Source of the DNA: Paracoccaceae bacterium
GTDB taxonomy: Bacteria; Pseudomonadota; Alphaproteobacteria; Rhodobacterales; Rhodobacteraceae
Assembly (NCBI GenBank): GCA_043561795.1
Contig: CP121316.1
Span: 754,061-818,060, forward strand
DNA: 64,000 bases
Direction: 5' to 3'
The position numbers and the translations under genes were made by a program. The notes under the pieces are model-generated. The model did no database searches. It was not told where the DNA came from and saw nothing but the letters and a program-made list of their open reading frames with translations. Of this stretch, positions 20,571-30,776 are shown in pieces (the first letter of the stretch is position 1; every line of letters starts with the position of its first letter).

Positions 20571-20980
20571 TTAGCGCGAGCGCGGATCAATATCGTCGTC
20601 TTCATCCTCGTCATCATCATCAGGCAGGTTGAAGAAGCTTTCGGCATCGCTGTAATCGGCGGCCAGGCCGGGCGATCCTGACGCTTGGACAAAGGCGTAT
20701 AGCGCGGGCCACGGCGTTTTTCCTCGCCCTCGGCGGCGGGGTTGTATTTCAGCTTCAGCACATAGCGCGGGTCTTTTTCGCCGCGCTCTATTTCAATGGC
20801 ATCCAGCTGGTTATTGGCAACAGGGTCAAAGCCCTTCACGCCGCCCGCGACATCGCCATCGGCAATGCCCTGCACTTCCAGTTCATGCAGGCCGCAAAAA
20901 TCTGCAATCTGCTTGAAGCTGAGCGTTGTGTTATCAACCAGCCAAACGGCGGTGGCCTTGGGCATCAATGGTTTTGACAT
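20571..20980 (-). pseudogene. DUF1013-family protein with internal deletion and frameshift near 20665
   Basis: N-terminus MSKPLMPKATAVWLVDNTTLSFKQIADFCG...RYTPLSKRQDRPA. After the junction a different frame reads AADYSDAESFFNLPDDDDEDEDDDIDPRSR-stop, an acidic tail that looks like the native C-terminus. Confidence 0.8.
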
Positions 20981-21123
20981 GACATGAACTCCTGTCATAC
21001 GAGCGCAGTGCAATGCGCATGCTTCATCTCGTGCCGGGGCTCCGGCTGCAGGGCGGGCCTGCCATTCCTCGATTTCGGGGATGGTGGGCTTATAGCGCGC
21101 ATGCTGGCAAAGGGAAAGACGAA

Positions 21124-21786
21124 ATGCGCAAAATGATCATGACAGTTGTGGCGCTGGCCGTGCTGGGGGTGGCGGGCTGGGGGCTGTGGCCGCGCTCCAT
21201 ATCACAGGCGGCAGCGCGTGACGGCTATCTGGTGCTGGCCCTGAGCTGGACACCCAGTTGGTGCGCATCTGAGGGCGACAGCCGGGGTGCGGCGCGCTGT
21301 GCGCCGGGGGCCGGAGCGGGCTGGCTGGTGCATGGGCTATGGCCGCAGCACGACAGCGGGGGCTGGCCGGAATTTTGCCCCACAGACCACCCTGCCCCAA
21401 GCTCTGCCAGCTTGCGCGCGCTGGAAGATATCATGGGGGCCGCCGGGCTGGCTGCGCATCAGTGGCGCAAACATGGAAGCTGCGCCAACATGGCCCCGGC
21501 GGAGTATTTCGACCAGACGCGCCGCGCCTTTGCCGCATTGGAGTTCCCCCCAAGCCTGCGCGCCGACCGCGCCGCGCTGCGCGCCCGCCCTGCCGATTTG
21601 CTGGCAGATTTTCGCGCAGCCAATCCAGAATTCGGCCCAGATATGGCCGTGCTCACATGCCGCGCCGGGCGGGCGCAGGAATTGCGCCTTTGCCTGCGCC
21701 ATGATCTGACGCCGCGCCCCTGTGATGACGCCCTTCTGGCCCGTGCCTGCCGTGCGGGGCAGGTGGAATTGCCGGCGTTGCGCTAG
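21124..21786 (+). CDS. Ribonuclease T2-family protein, exported
   Basis: VLALSWTP, HGLWP (CAS I) and HQWRKHGSC (CAS II) motifs; N-terminal signal/TM segment. Confidence 0.9.
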   Translation: MRKMIMTVVALAVLGVAGWGLWPRSISQAAARDGYLVLALSWTPSWCASEGDSRGAARCAPGAGAGWLVHGLWPQHDSGGWPEFCPTDHPAPSSASLRALEDIMGAAGLAAHQWRKHGSCANMAPAEYFDQTRRAFAALEFPPSLRADRAALRARPADLLADFRAANPEFGPDMAVLTCRAGRAQELRLCLRHDLTPRPCDDALLARACRAGQVELPALR

Positions 21787-21873
21787 GACGGCCCCGCCCT
21801 GCCAGATGGCGCGCGCTGTGCTTTGTCTGGGGTCTTGCGCGCGCCTTGGCAAAGCACGCCTGCAACATGCGCC

Positions 21874-24018
21874 CTACCCCTCTGCCGCGCCGGGCGCGAT
21901 GAGCTTTGCAATCGCGCCGTGCAGGCGTTCCAGCTTCAATGGCTTTGTGACACAGCCATCAAAACCCGCATCCAGATAGGATTGCACCTGATGGGTCATG
22001 GCATTGGCGGTAAAGGCAATCGCGGGGCAGCGCGCACGGCCCTGCGCGGCCTCCAGCCTGCGCATTTCACGCAGCAAGGCCACGCCATCCAGCAGCGGCA
22101 TGGAAATATCCAGAATCAACAGATCAAACTGGCTCTCCCGATAGCGTTCAAGGGCGGCGATACCATCATCTGCCTGTGTGACATGCGCGCCCAGCTGGCC
22201 CAGCATCATGCCAAGGATCATCTGGTTTGTGCGGTTATCATCGGCCGCCAGAACGGCGAGCGGCGGCAAAGGTGCCAGCCCGGCAGGGGCAGGGGTTTGC
22301 GGCGCGGCAATGGGGGGTTGTGCGGGAAGGGGCAAGGTAATTGTTACGCTGGTTCCAACCCCCGGAACGCTGTCAATATGCAGCGCGCCCCCCATCATAT
22401 CCGTCAGCCGCCGCACAATTGCCATGCCAAGGCCCGTGCCCCCAAACCGGCGGGTGATCGTGCTATCTGCCTGTGCGAAGGGTTCCAGCACATGCTCTGC
22501 CTGCTGTGCAGTCATGCCAATCCCGCTATCTTGCACATGCAACACAAGCTGTGTCGCATCAGAGGCGGTTATGCCAACACGCACTGCGCCGCTTTGTGTG
22601 AATTTCAGCGCATTGCTGATAAGATTGTGCAAAATCTGCATCAGGCGGTGCAGATCGCCCAGCCGATCAAAGCCGGAAGGGTCTTGCAGCGTGACGGCGA
22701 AAGACAACCGCTTTTCCGAGGCCCGCAGCGTGTGCACTTCTTCTACCCGGCGCGCCAGATCGGCCAACTGAAAAGGAATGATCTCCAGCTCTATCGCATC
22801 GGCCTCGATCTTGGTCATATCCAGCAGATCATTCAGGATATTCATCAGCAATTCGCCAGAATCCATCAGGATCGCAGCCATCTGCTTTTGCGCAGGATCG
22901 GTGATCGCAGTTTGCAGGATTTGCGCTATGCCCAGGATACCGTTCAACGGCGTGCGGATTTCATGGCTCATATTCGCCAGAAAACTGGATTTGGCCTGTG
23001 TTGCGCGATGGGCGGCTTCCAGCGCGGCCTCGCGCGCTTTTTCGGCCTCTACCAGTTGGGTAACATCGGTAATGGCATAGACAATATGGCAGGTGGCGGG
23101 GCATCCGTTCGTTATTGGGGCGGCATTGATGGAAATGTAACGCACCTCATCGGCCAAATGCAGTGCAAGGCGCTGGTTGCGCACCATGGCGCTTCCCCGG
23201 CGCAGCCTGACAAAGGGGTGATCTTCGGGCGCGATGGGACAGTCTGCAAGATCAGTCAGCCGCCAATGGGGCGCATCAAAGCGTTGCCCCAGCAGGCCAG
23301 AAAGCGGCACATCCAGAATGGTTTCGGCGGCCTGATTGGCAAAGATGATCACCCCTTCTGCATCCAGCACAACAAAGCCAGCCGCATCGGTGCTGACAAT
23401 CCCTTGCAAAAAGGCGCGTTCCTTGGCCAATTCCTCTTGCGCGGCATGCATATCCGCAATTGCTTTGCGCCGCGTCAGCACAGTGCGCACCACATCGGCA
23501 AAGGCCCGCAAAAGATAGGTTTCGCCGGGCAGAAAATCGCCCCGCTCTGTTACGCTGTCAAACCCTACAATTCCGAACAGACCAGAATCATCCAGCATCG
23601 GCACCAGCAAAAGAGAGCGGATTTGCTGCGCGGCCAGAATTTCATATTCCATGCTGCCGGGCGCAAAATCGGCTATATCGGCGATGTTCAAAATCTGGCT
23701 GGCAATAAGCGGTGCAAACAGGGCCCCGTAATCGGCCACCCGCAAATCCTGCAACTGGTCTTTCATCGGGCTGATACCCGGTGCGCACCATTCATGGGTG
23801 TTGCTTACCAACGGGCCGGAAACAAGGAAAACATAGGCCCTGTCACGCCCGGCATAGGCCCCAAGCCGGGCCAGACAGTCATCAAGCGCCCAATCCACAT
23901 TGGCACAGTCAGAGGCCAGCAATTTATGGATCAAGGTGACAACAAGCGCCTGAATCTCTGTCAGGCGCTCTTCCACCGCAACTGGCGTATCGACATTGTG
24001 ACTGCGCCCAATTTCCAT
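21874..24018 (-). CDS. Cytoplasmic hybrid histidine kinase (GAF-PAS-HisKA-HATPase-REC)
   Basis: SNTHEWCAPG GAF motif, FLANMSHEIRTPLNG, NLISNALKFT, DSGIGM, GGTGLG and DISMP motifs. The start could be further upstream (ORF open to 24108). Confidence 0.9.
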   Translation of the reverse strand: MEIGRSHNVDTPVAVEERLTEIQALVVTLIHKLLASDCANVDWALDDCLARLGAYAGRDRAYVFLVSGPLVSNTHEWCAPGISPMKDQLQDLRVADYGALFAPLIASQILNIADIADFAPGSMEYEILAAQQIRSLLLVPMLDDSGLFGIVGFDSVTERGDFLPGETYLLRAFADVVRTVLTRRKAIADMHAAQEELAKERAFLQGIVSTDAAGFVVLDAEGVIIFANQAAETILDVPLSGLLGQRFDAPHWRLTDLADCPIAPEDHPFVRLRRGSAMVRNQRLALHLADEVRYISINAAPITNGCPATCHIVYAITDVTQLVEAEKAREAALEAAHRATQAKSSFLANMSHEIRTPLNGILGIAQILQTAITDPAQKQMAAILMDSGELLMNILNDLLDMTKIEADAIELEIIPFQLADLARRVEEVHTLRASEKRLSFAVTLQDPSGFDRLGDLHRLMQILHNLISNALKFTQSGAVRVGITASDATQLVLHVQDSGIGMTAQQAEHVLEPFAQADSTITRRFGGTGLGMAIVRRLTDMMGGALHIDSVPGVGTSVTITLPLPAQPPIAAPQTPAPAGLAPLPPLAVLAADDNRTNQMILGMMLGQLGAHVTQADDGIAALERYRESQFDLLILDISMPLLDGVALLREMRRLEAAQGRARCPAIAFTANAMTHQVQSYLDAGFDGCVTKPLKLERLHGAIAKLIAPGAAEG

Positions 24019-24275
24019 TTTGGCCTTTTGCGTGTTGCCCCGCGCCTGCACCTGTCGCGCAATCGCCCAACGTGCCAGAGCGTGCTGCCCCGCTTGGGAT
24101 ACCGGCAAAAGATTAACTACTCGTAGCCGCGATTTCGTTTTTGCCGGTCAATCTGGGGCAACTGCGGTCGGATCGGGGCTTGCGCCGCGCAACCCCATGA
24201 CTATAACCCGCACCAATTTGCGCAGCGCGTTTTACGCGTGGCTGCGCATGCGCGCAGGTCAGTCAGGGGTCCGTC

Positions 24276-27200
24276 ATGCCGAAAAGAACCGACATTCAAT
24301 CCATCATGATCATCGGGGCGGGGCCAATTGTCATCGGGCAGGCCTGCGAATTTGACTATTCCGGCGCACAAGCCTGCAAGGCGCTGCGCGAAGAGGGATA
24401 CCGGGTCATTCTGGTAAATTCCAACCCAGCAACCATTATGACAGATCCCGGCCTCGCCGATGCCACCTATATCGAGCCGATCACACCCGAGATCGTGGCC
24501 AAGATTATCGAGAAAGAGCGCCCCGATGCCTTGCTGCCCACGATGGGCGGGCAGACCGGGCTGAACACCTCTCTGGCGCTGGCCGATATGGGGGTGCTGG
24601 ACAAATTCGGGGTGGAACTGATTGGCGCCAACCGCGACGCGATCGAGATGGCCGAAGACCGCAAACTGTTCCGCGAAGCGATGGACAGAATCGGGCTGGA
24701 AAACCCCAAAGCCACCATCATCGCCGCGCCAAAGCTGGACAACGGCAAATATGACATCAACGCAGGTGTGGCCGCGGCCATAGAGGCGATTGAATATGTG
24801 GGCCTGCCCGCGATCATCCGCCCCGCCTTTACCCTTGGCGGCACCGGCGGCGGCGTGGCCTATAACCGCGATGATTACGAGCGCATTTGCCGTTCCGGGC
24901 TGGATGCGTCACCCGTGGCGCAAATTCTGGTCGATGAAAGCCTGCTGGGCTGGAAGGAATATGAAATGGAAGTTGTCCGCGACAAAGCGGATAACGCGAT
25001 CATTGTCTGTTCCATTGAAAACGTGGATCCGATGGGCGTGCATACGGGCGATTCGATCACCGTGGCCCCGGCGCTTACCCTGACAGACAAGGAATATCAG
25101 ATCATGCGCAACGGCTCTATTGCAGTGCTGCGCGAGATCGGGGTCGAGACGGGTGGCTCCAACGTGCAATGGGCGATTAATCCAGCCGATGGCCGAATGG
25201 TCGTGATCGAGATGAACCCGCGCGTATCGCGCTCTTCTGCGCTGGCCTCCAAAGCTACGGGCTTTCCGATTGCGAAAATCGCGGCCAAGCTGGCGGTGGG
25301 CTATACGCTGGATGAGTTGGACAATGACATTACCAAAGTCACCCCCGCCAGCTTCGAGCCGACGATAGATTATGTCGTCACCAAAATCCCGCGCTTCGCG
25401 TTCGAGAAATTCCCCAGCTCCGAGCCACATCTCACCACGGCCATGAAATCCGTGGGCGAGGCGATGGCCATTGGCCGCACCTTCCACGAATCCATGCAAA
25501 AGGCGCTGGCCAGCATGGAAACGGGGCTGACGGGCTTTGACGAAATCGCCATTCCCGGCGCGCCAGACCGTGCGGCCATCATAAAGGCCATCAGCGCCCA
25601 GACCCCCGACCGCTTGCGCCTGATTGCCCAAGCCATGCGCGAAGGGCTGTCAGATGATGACATTCAGGCCGCCACCGCCTTTGATCCGTGGTTTCTCTCG
25701 CGTATCCGCGAGATCATGGAGGCCGAGGCAGAGATTCGCGCCAAGGGCCTGCCTGTGACAGCCGAAGGGCTGCGCGCGCTGAAGATGCTGGGCTTTACCG
25801 ATGCCCGCCTTGCCATCCTGACGGGCCGGGATGAAGCACAGGTGCGCCGCGCCCGGCGCAATCTGGGGGTGAATGCCGTCTTCAAGCGCATTGACACCTG
25901 CGCGGCGGAATTCGAGGCCCAGACCCCCTACATGTATTCCACCTATGAAACCCCTGTCATGGGCGATGCGGAATGCGAGGCCCGGCCCTCGGAGCGCAAG
26001 AAAGTGGTTATTCTTGGCGGCGGCCCCAACCGGATTGGCCAAGGGATTGAGTTTGATTATTGCTGCTGCCATGCCTGTTTCGCGCTGACAGATGTTGGCT
26101 ATGAAACCATCATGATCAACTGCAACCCCGAAACGGTTTCAACCGATTATGACACATCCGACCGCCTGTATTTCGAACCCCTGACGCTGGAACATGTGCT
26201 GGAAATTCTGCGCGTGGAACAGGAAGCAGGCACGCTGCATGGCGTGATCGTGCAATTTGGCGGCCAGACGCCTTTGAAACTGGCAAATGCGCTGCAAGAC
26301 GAAGGTATCCCCATTCTGGGCACCTCGCCCGATGCGATTGATCTGGCAGAGGATCGCGAGCGGTTTCAGGCGCTCTTGAATGATCTGGGGCTGAAACAGC
26401 CTGTTAATGGCATTGCCTCTACCCGCGATCAGGCGTTCGAGATTGCGGCGCGGGTGGGCTATCCGCTGGTGATCCGCCCCTCTTATGTTCTGGGGGGCCG
26501 CGCGATGGAGATTGTGCGCGATGATGCCCATCTGGAACGCTATATCCGCGATGCCGTGCAAGTTTCGGGCAAAAACCCGGTGCTGCTGGACAGCTATCTT
26601 GTGGGCGCGGTGGAAGTGGATGTGGATGCGCTGTGTGATGGCGAGGCCGTGCATGTGGCAGGCATCATGCAGCACATAGAGGAAGCGGGCGTGCATTCGG
26701 GTGATAGCGCGTGTTCGCTGCCCCCCTATTCGCTTGGCCCGGATATGATTGCGGAACTGCGCGTGCAAACCGAAGCACTGGCGCGCGGCCTGAATGTGGT
26801 CGGGCTGATGAATGTGCAATTCGCCATCAAGGATGGCGTGATCTATGTTCTGGAAGTGAATCCGCGCGCCTCTCGGACTGTGCCCTTTGTGGCCAAGGCC
26901 ACCGACAGCGCGATTGCCAGCATTGCCGCGCGGCTGATGGCAGGGGAAAAGCTGTCAAACTTCCCCATGCGCGCGCCGATCAAGGCCGATGTCGCGCCAT
27001 CCGAACCCATGCCAATGGGCGATCCCATGACACTGGCAGACCCGCAAACCCCGTGGTTCTCGGTCAAGGAAGCGGTGCTGCCTTTCGCGCGCTTCCCCGG
27101 TGTAGATACGCTGCTGGGGCCAGAAATGCGCTCTACCGGCGAGGTGATGGGCTGGGCGCGCAATTTCGCCCGCGCCTTTTACAAGGCGCAGCTTGGCGCT

Positions 27201-27617
27201 GGCGTGACATTGCCAGAATCGGGCCGCGTGTTCCTGTCGATCAAGGATTACGACAAAGGCCCGCAGATGGTGGAAGCAGCGCAAACGCTGGTTGATCTGG
27301 GCTTTGTCATTGTGGCCACACGCGGCACGGCAGATTGGCTGAAGGGCGAGGGCGTTGCCTGCGAGGTGGTGAACAAGGTCTATGAAGGGCGGCCCAATAT
27401 TGTCGATCTGCTGAAAAGCGGCGAGATTGCCATGGTGCTGAACACCACCGAAGGGGCACAGGCCATAGAGGATAGCCGCGAAATCCGCTCTGTCGCGCTG
27501 TATGACAAGATCCCCTATTATACCACTGCCGCAGGCAGCCATGCCGCCGTTATGGCGATCAAGGCGCGCGAAGAAGGCGAAATCGGCGTGCGCGCCTTGC
27601 AGCACGCAGCCGATTAA
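24276..27617 (+). CDS. carB: Carbamoyl-phosphate synthase large subunit
   Basis: MPKRTDI...[53 protein letters not shown] and C-terminal MGS domain; 1113 aa. Confidence 0.98.
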   Translation: MPKRTDIQSIMIIGAGPIVIGQACEFDYSGAQACKALREEGYRVILVNSNPATIMTDPGLADATYIEPITPEIVAKIIEKERPDALLPTMGGQTGLNTSLALADMGVLDKFGVELIGANRDAIEMAEDRKLFREAMDRIGLENPKATIIAAPKLDNGKYDINAGVAAAIEAIEYVGLPAIIRPAFTLGGTGGGVAYNRDDYERICRSGLDASPVAQILVDESLLGWKEYEMEVVRDKADNAIIVCSIENVDPMGVHTGDSITVAPALTLTDKEYQIMRNGSIAVLREIGVETGGSNVQWAINPADGRMVVIEMNPRVSRSSALASKATGFPIAKIAAKLAVGYTLDELDNDITKVTPASFEPTIDYVVTKIPRFAFEKFPSSEPHLTTAMKSVGEAMAIGRTFHESMQKALASMETGLTGFDEIAIPGAPDRAAIIKAISAQTPDRLRLIAQAMREGLSDDDIQAATAFDPWFLSRIREIMEAEAEIRAKGLPVTAEGLRALKMLGFTDARLAILTGRDEAQVRRARRNLGVNAVFKRIDTCAAEFEAQTPYMYSTYETPVMGDAECEARPSERKKVVILGGGPNRIGQGIEFDYCCCHACFALTDVGYETIMINCNPETVSTDYDTSDRLYFEPLTLEHVLEILRVEQEAGTLHGVIVQFGGQTPLKLANALQDEGIPILGTSPDAIDLAEDRERFQALLNDLGLKQPVNGIASTRDQAFEIAARVGYPLVIRPSYVLGGRAMEIVRDDAHLERYIRDAVQVSGKNPVLLDSYLVGAVEVDVDALCDGEAVHVAGIMQHIEEAGVHSGDSACSLPPYSLGPDMIAELRVQTEALARGLNVVGLMNVQFAIKDGVIYVLEVNPRASRTVPFVAKATDSAIASIAARLMAGEKLSNFPMRAPIKADVAPSEPMPMGDPMTLADPQTPWFSVKEAVLPFARFPGVDTLLGPEMRSTGEVMGWARNFARAFYKAQLGAGVTLPESGRVFLSIKDYDKGPQMVEAAQTLVDLGFVIVATRGTADWLKGEGVACEVVNKVYEGRPNIVDLLKSGEIAMVLNTTEGAQAIEDSREIRSVALYDKIPYYTTAAGSHAAVMAIKAREEGEIGVRALQHAAD

Positions 27618-27640
27618 GCCCACCGTCATACTGTGTTGCG

Positions 27641-27666
27641 AAAGCCCCGCTCAGGCGGGGCTTTTT
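27641..27666 (+). terminator. Rho-independent terminator after carB
   Basis: AAAGCCCCGC-tcag-GCGGGGCTTT followed by a T-run. Confidence 0.85.
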
Positions 27667-27708
27667 CGTGCGGCATTTGCCCGCAGCGGGGGATTGTCGA
27701 TTTCTAGT

Positions 27709-27729
27709 TGCGAACGATTATCATTTGCA
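27709..27729. promoter_or_regulatory. Fur/Mur-like operator upstream of the metal ABC transporter
   Basis: 21-bp imperfect palindrome TGCGAACGATTATCATTTGCA (8 of 10 positions per arm), 37 bp upstream of the ATG. Confidence 0.55.
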
Positions 27730-27765
27730 TATAAATGCGGGCAACACACAGAAAAAGGAGTCTCC

Positions 27766-28737
27766 ATGCCCCGCTTCGCCCTCCCGACGATCGCCCTTGG
27801 CGCTACCCTTGCCCTCGGCGCCCCGCTGCATGCCCAAGAACAGCCGCTCAATGTGCTGGCCACAGTCGCCATGATTGCCGATGTGGCGCAAAATGTGGCG
27901 GGCGAATGCGCCACCGTCACCACATTGATCGGCGCAGGCACAGACCCACATGACTATTCCGCCACCCCCGGCGATGTGCGCAAAATATCCGAGGCAGAGC
28001 TTATCCTTTATGTGGATCGCGCCCTTGAAGAACGGCTGGCCGATGTGCTGGACAGCTTTCGCGACCGCACGCCCACAGTGGGGCTGGTTGCCGCCAGCTT
28101 CCCCCCGGAAGCCACGCTGCAAGACCCGGAAGACGCCGGCAGGGTTGATCCGCATCTGTGGATGGATGCCAGCCGCTGGGCGCGTATTGCCCCTGTGATT
28201 GCCGATGCAATCGCCGCGCAGCGCCCTGCATGCGCAGAGACTTTGCAAGCGAATACGGCCGGTTATGTCGCAGCGCTGGACGCACTGCATGACTGGATTG
28301 GCGCGGCCATCGCCTCTATCCCCGAAGGCCAGCGCCTGCTGGTCACGGCCCATGATGCCTTTTACTATTTCGCAGATGCCTATGGAATAGAGGCCTCAGA
28401 GGCGATTGAAGGGATTTCCACGGCCTCTGAGGCCAGTATCGCAGATATCCGCGATGTGGCAGATTTCGTGATTGCGCGCGGTGTGCCGGCGGTATTTGTG
28501 GAAACCACCATCAACCCCCGCACAATGGAAGCACTGGTGCAAGAGGTGCAAAGCCGCGGTCAGGATGTTGGCATCGGGGGCGCGCTATTTTCTGATGCGA
28601 TGGGTGCAGAGGGCACGCCAGAGGCCAGCTACATTGGCATGATGCGCGCCAATACCACTGTCATCACCCTGGCCCTTGGGGGCAGCCTGCCCGATTGGCC
28701 GGAAATCCTGGCCGCGTATGGCGATGGCTCGCCCTAA
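27766..28737 (+). CDS. Mn/Zn/Fe ABC transporter substrate-binding protein (TroA/SitA-like, cluster A-I)
   Basis: DPHDY, DPHLWMD, TAHDAFYYF and FSDAMG metal-ligand motifs; signal peptide; AAGGAG RBS. Confidence 0.92.
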   Translation: MPRFALPTIALGATLALGAPLHAQEQPLNVLATVAMIADVAQNVAGECATVTTLIGAGTDPHDYSATPGDVRKISEAELILYVDRALEERLADVLDSFRDRTPTVGLVAASFPPEATLQDPEDAGRVDPHLWMDASRWARIAPVIADAIAAQRPACAETLQANTAGYVAALDALHDWIGAAIASIPEGQRLLVTAHDAFYYFADAYGIEASEAIEGISTASEASIADIRDVADFVIARGVPAVFVETTINPRTMEALVQEVQSRGQDVGIGGALFSDAMGAEGTPEASYIGMMRANTTVITLALGGSLPDWPEILAAYGDGSP

Positions 28738-28800
28738 GCCCTGTCTTGCGCTATGGTATAGCCAAACCCGCGCCCTGCCGCGCCACAGAGAGGCCCGAAT

Positions 28801-29607
28801 ATGTCCCGCCCCGCAGATGCCATGCCGGAATCCTTGTCTGACACAGCACTGCACGAACCCGATCAGGCCCTGCATGTAGAAGATCTGACGGTCTCTTATG
28901 GCACAACAACCGCGCTGTGGGATATTGATCTGGATATCCCCCCCGGCGTGATGTGCGCCATTGTCGGGCCGAATGGATCGGGCAAATCCACCTTGCTGAA
29001 AACCGCGCTGGGGCTGGTGCGCCCTGTGGCCGGGCATGTGCGCTTTCTGGGCCGCCCGGTGGCCCAGATGCGCGGGCAGATCGGCTATGTGCCGCAACGC
29101 CAGAGTGTGGATTGGGATTTCCCCACCACCGCGCGGGATGTGGTGGAAATGGGGCTGTATCGCCGCCTTGGCTGGTTGCGCCGTCCGGGCAAGGATGCCC
29201 GCGCGCGCGCCATGGAAGCGCTGGCAGAACTCGGGATGCAGGATTATGCAGATCGCCAGATCAGCCAGCTTTCCGGCGGCCAGCAACAGCGCGTTTTCAT
29301 TGCCCGCGCGCTGGTGCAGGATGCCCCCATCCTGATCCTGGATGAACCGATGGCGGGCGTCGATGCCAGCACAGAGGCCGTTATCATCGCCCTGCTCAAA
29401 CGCCTGCGCGACAGCGGGCGCACCGTGATTGTGGTGCATCATGATCTGACCACGGTGCAAAGCTATTTCGACTGGCTGGTGATGCTGAATGTGCGCATCA
29501 TCGCCCAAGGGCCAGTGGCCAAAGTATACACCCCCGAAAACCTGCGCGCCACCTATGGCCGACACCTGGCCATGATCGCCGCGCCTCTGGATATGGGCCG
29601 GACATGA
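28801..29607 (+). CDS. Metal ABC transporter ATPase (TroB-like)
   Basis: GPNGSGKST, YVPQR, LSGGQQQR, LDEP and VHHDL motifs. Confidence 0.92.
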   Translation: MSRPADAMPESLSDTALHEPDQALHVEDLTVSYGTTTALWDIDLDIPPGVMCAIVGPNGSGKSTLLKTALGLVRPVAGHVRFLGRPVAQMRGQIGYVPQRQSVDWDFPTTARDVVEMGLYRRLGWLRRPGKDARARAMEALAELGMQDYADRQISQLSGGQQQRVFIARALVQDAPILILDEPMAGVDASTEAVIIALLKRLRDSGRTVIVVHHDLTTVQSYFDWLVMLNVRIIAQGPVAKVYTPENLRATYGRHLAMIAAPLDMGRT

Positions 29608-30776
29608 ACACGCTGGGCCTTGGGGGCATTGTTGGAACAGTGCTGCTGGGCGCGGCCCTTTTGGGCGCAATAAGTGGCATGCTGGGGGCCTTTGCCGTGC
29701 TGCGCCGCCAAAGCCTGCTGGGCGATACGCTGGCCCATGCCGCCCTGCCGGGGATTTGCCTTGGCTTCATTCTGGCAGGCACGCGCGATCTGGCCAGCAT
29801 TCTGAGCGGGGCTTTTGCCACAGGCGCCTTGGCAGCGCTGGCCATGATGCTGATTATCCGGCGCAGCACGCTGAAAACAGATGCCGCCCTTGGGATCGTG
29901 CTGAGCGTGTTTTTCGCTGTGGGGGTGGTGCTGCTGACATTCGTGCAGGGCCAGGGCAATACCGCCAGCGCCGGGCTTGCAACATTTCTGTTCGGCCAGG
30001 CGGCCGCCATCCTGCGCGCCGATCTCTGGGTCATGGCGGGGGTGGGGCTGGCCGCGCTGGGGGTGGTGCTGGCCTTGTGGAAGGAATTCAAGCTGGTCAG
30101 CTTTGATCCGGAATTTGCCCGCGTGCAGGGTTTGCCGGTATTCTGGCTGGAAGCGGCGCTGACAGTGCTGGTGGCGCTGGCAATCGTGGTCGGGTTGCAA
30201 CTGGTGGGGGTGGTGCTGATGGTGGCGCTGCTGATTGCACCTGCGGCAGCCGCGCGGCAATGGACGCGCTCTTTGGGGGCAATGGTGGTGCTTTCCGCCC
30301 TGATCGGGGCGGCCTCTGGCGCAGGCGGGGCGCTGGTCAGTGCGTCTGTGCGGGGGCTGGCCACAGGGCCTGTGGTGGTGCTGATCGCAACGGGGTTTGT
30401 GCTTGTCTCGCTTCTGGCCGCACCGGGGCGCGGGGTGATCTGGCAGGCAGTCGCCGCGCGGCAAGCCCGCGCGCGCATCAGCGACCGCCGCGTTCTGACC
30501 ACGCTGCAAGGGCTGGCCACCGCCCATGCCGATACCCGCTACCCCGCCGAAGGGGGCATGCTGAAAACCGCCCTTGGCGCGATGCCGCGCGCGGCCCATC
30601 TGGCCGGGCTGGAGGCGCGCGGCCTGATCCGCCCTGTTACCCACCCGCCAGAGACAACCCCGCATTGGGAACTTACCGGCGCTGGCCATACCGAGGCCGC
30701 GCGGCTGCAAGACAAGCTTCTCCCCCCGCAGGCCGACACAGCCGCGCCACCGCCTGCAAGAAAGCCCCGCCCATGA
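29604..30776 (+). CDS. Metal ABC transporter permease (TroC-like) with C-terminal winged-helix-like extension
   Basis: LLGDTLAHAALPG, WKEFKLVSFD and ALLIAPAAAARQW motifs; ~105-aa soluble tail ending L..GLI...WELTGAG..EA. Confidence 0.88.
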   Translation: MNTLGLGGIVGTVLLGAALLGAISGMLGAFAVLRRQSLLGDTLAHAALPGICLGFILAGTRDLASILSGAFATGALAALAMMLIIRRSTLKTDAALGIVLSVFFAVGVVLLTFVQGQGNTASAGLATFLFGQAAAILRADLWVMAGVGLAALGVVLALWKEFKLVSFDPEFARVQGLPVFWLEAALTVLVALAIVVGLQLVGVVLMVALLIAPAAAARQWTRSLGAMVVLSALIGAASGAGGALVSASVRGLATGPVVVLIATGFVLVSLLAAPGRGVIWQAVAARQARARISDRRVLTTLQGLATAHADTRYPAEGGMLKTALGAMPRAAHLAGLEARGLIRPVTHPPETTPHWELTGAGHTEAARLQDKLLPPQADTAAPPPARKPRP

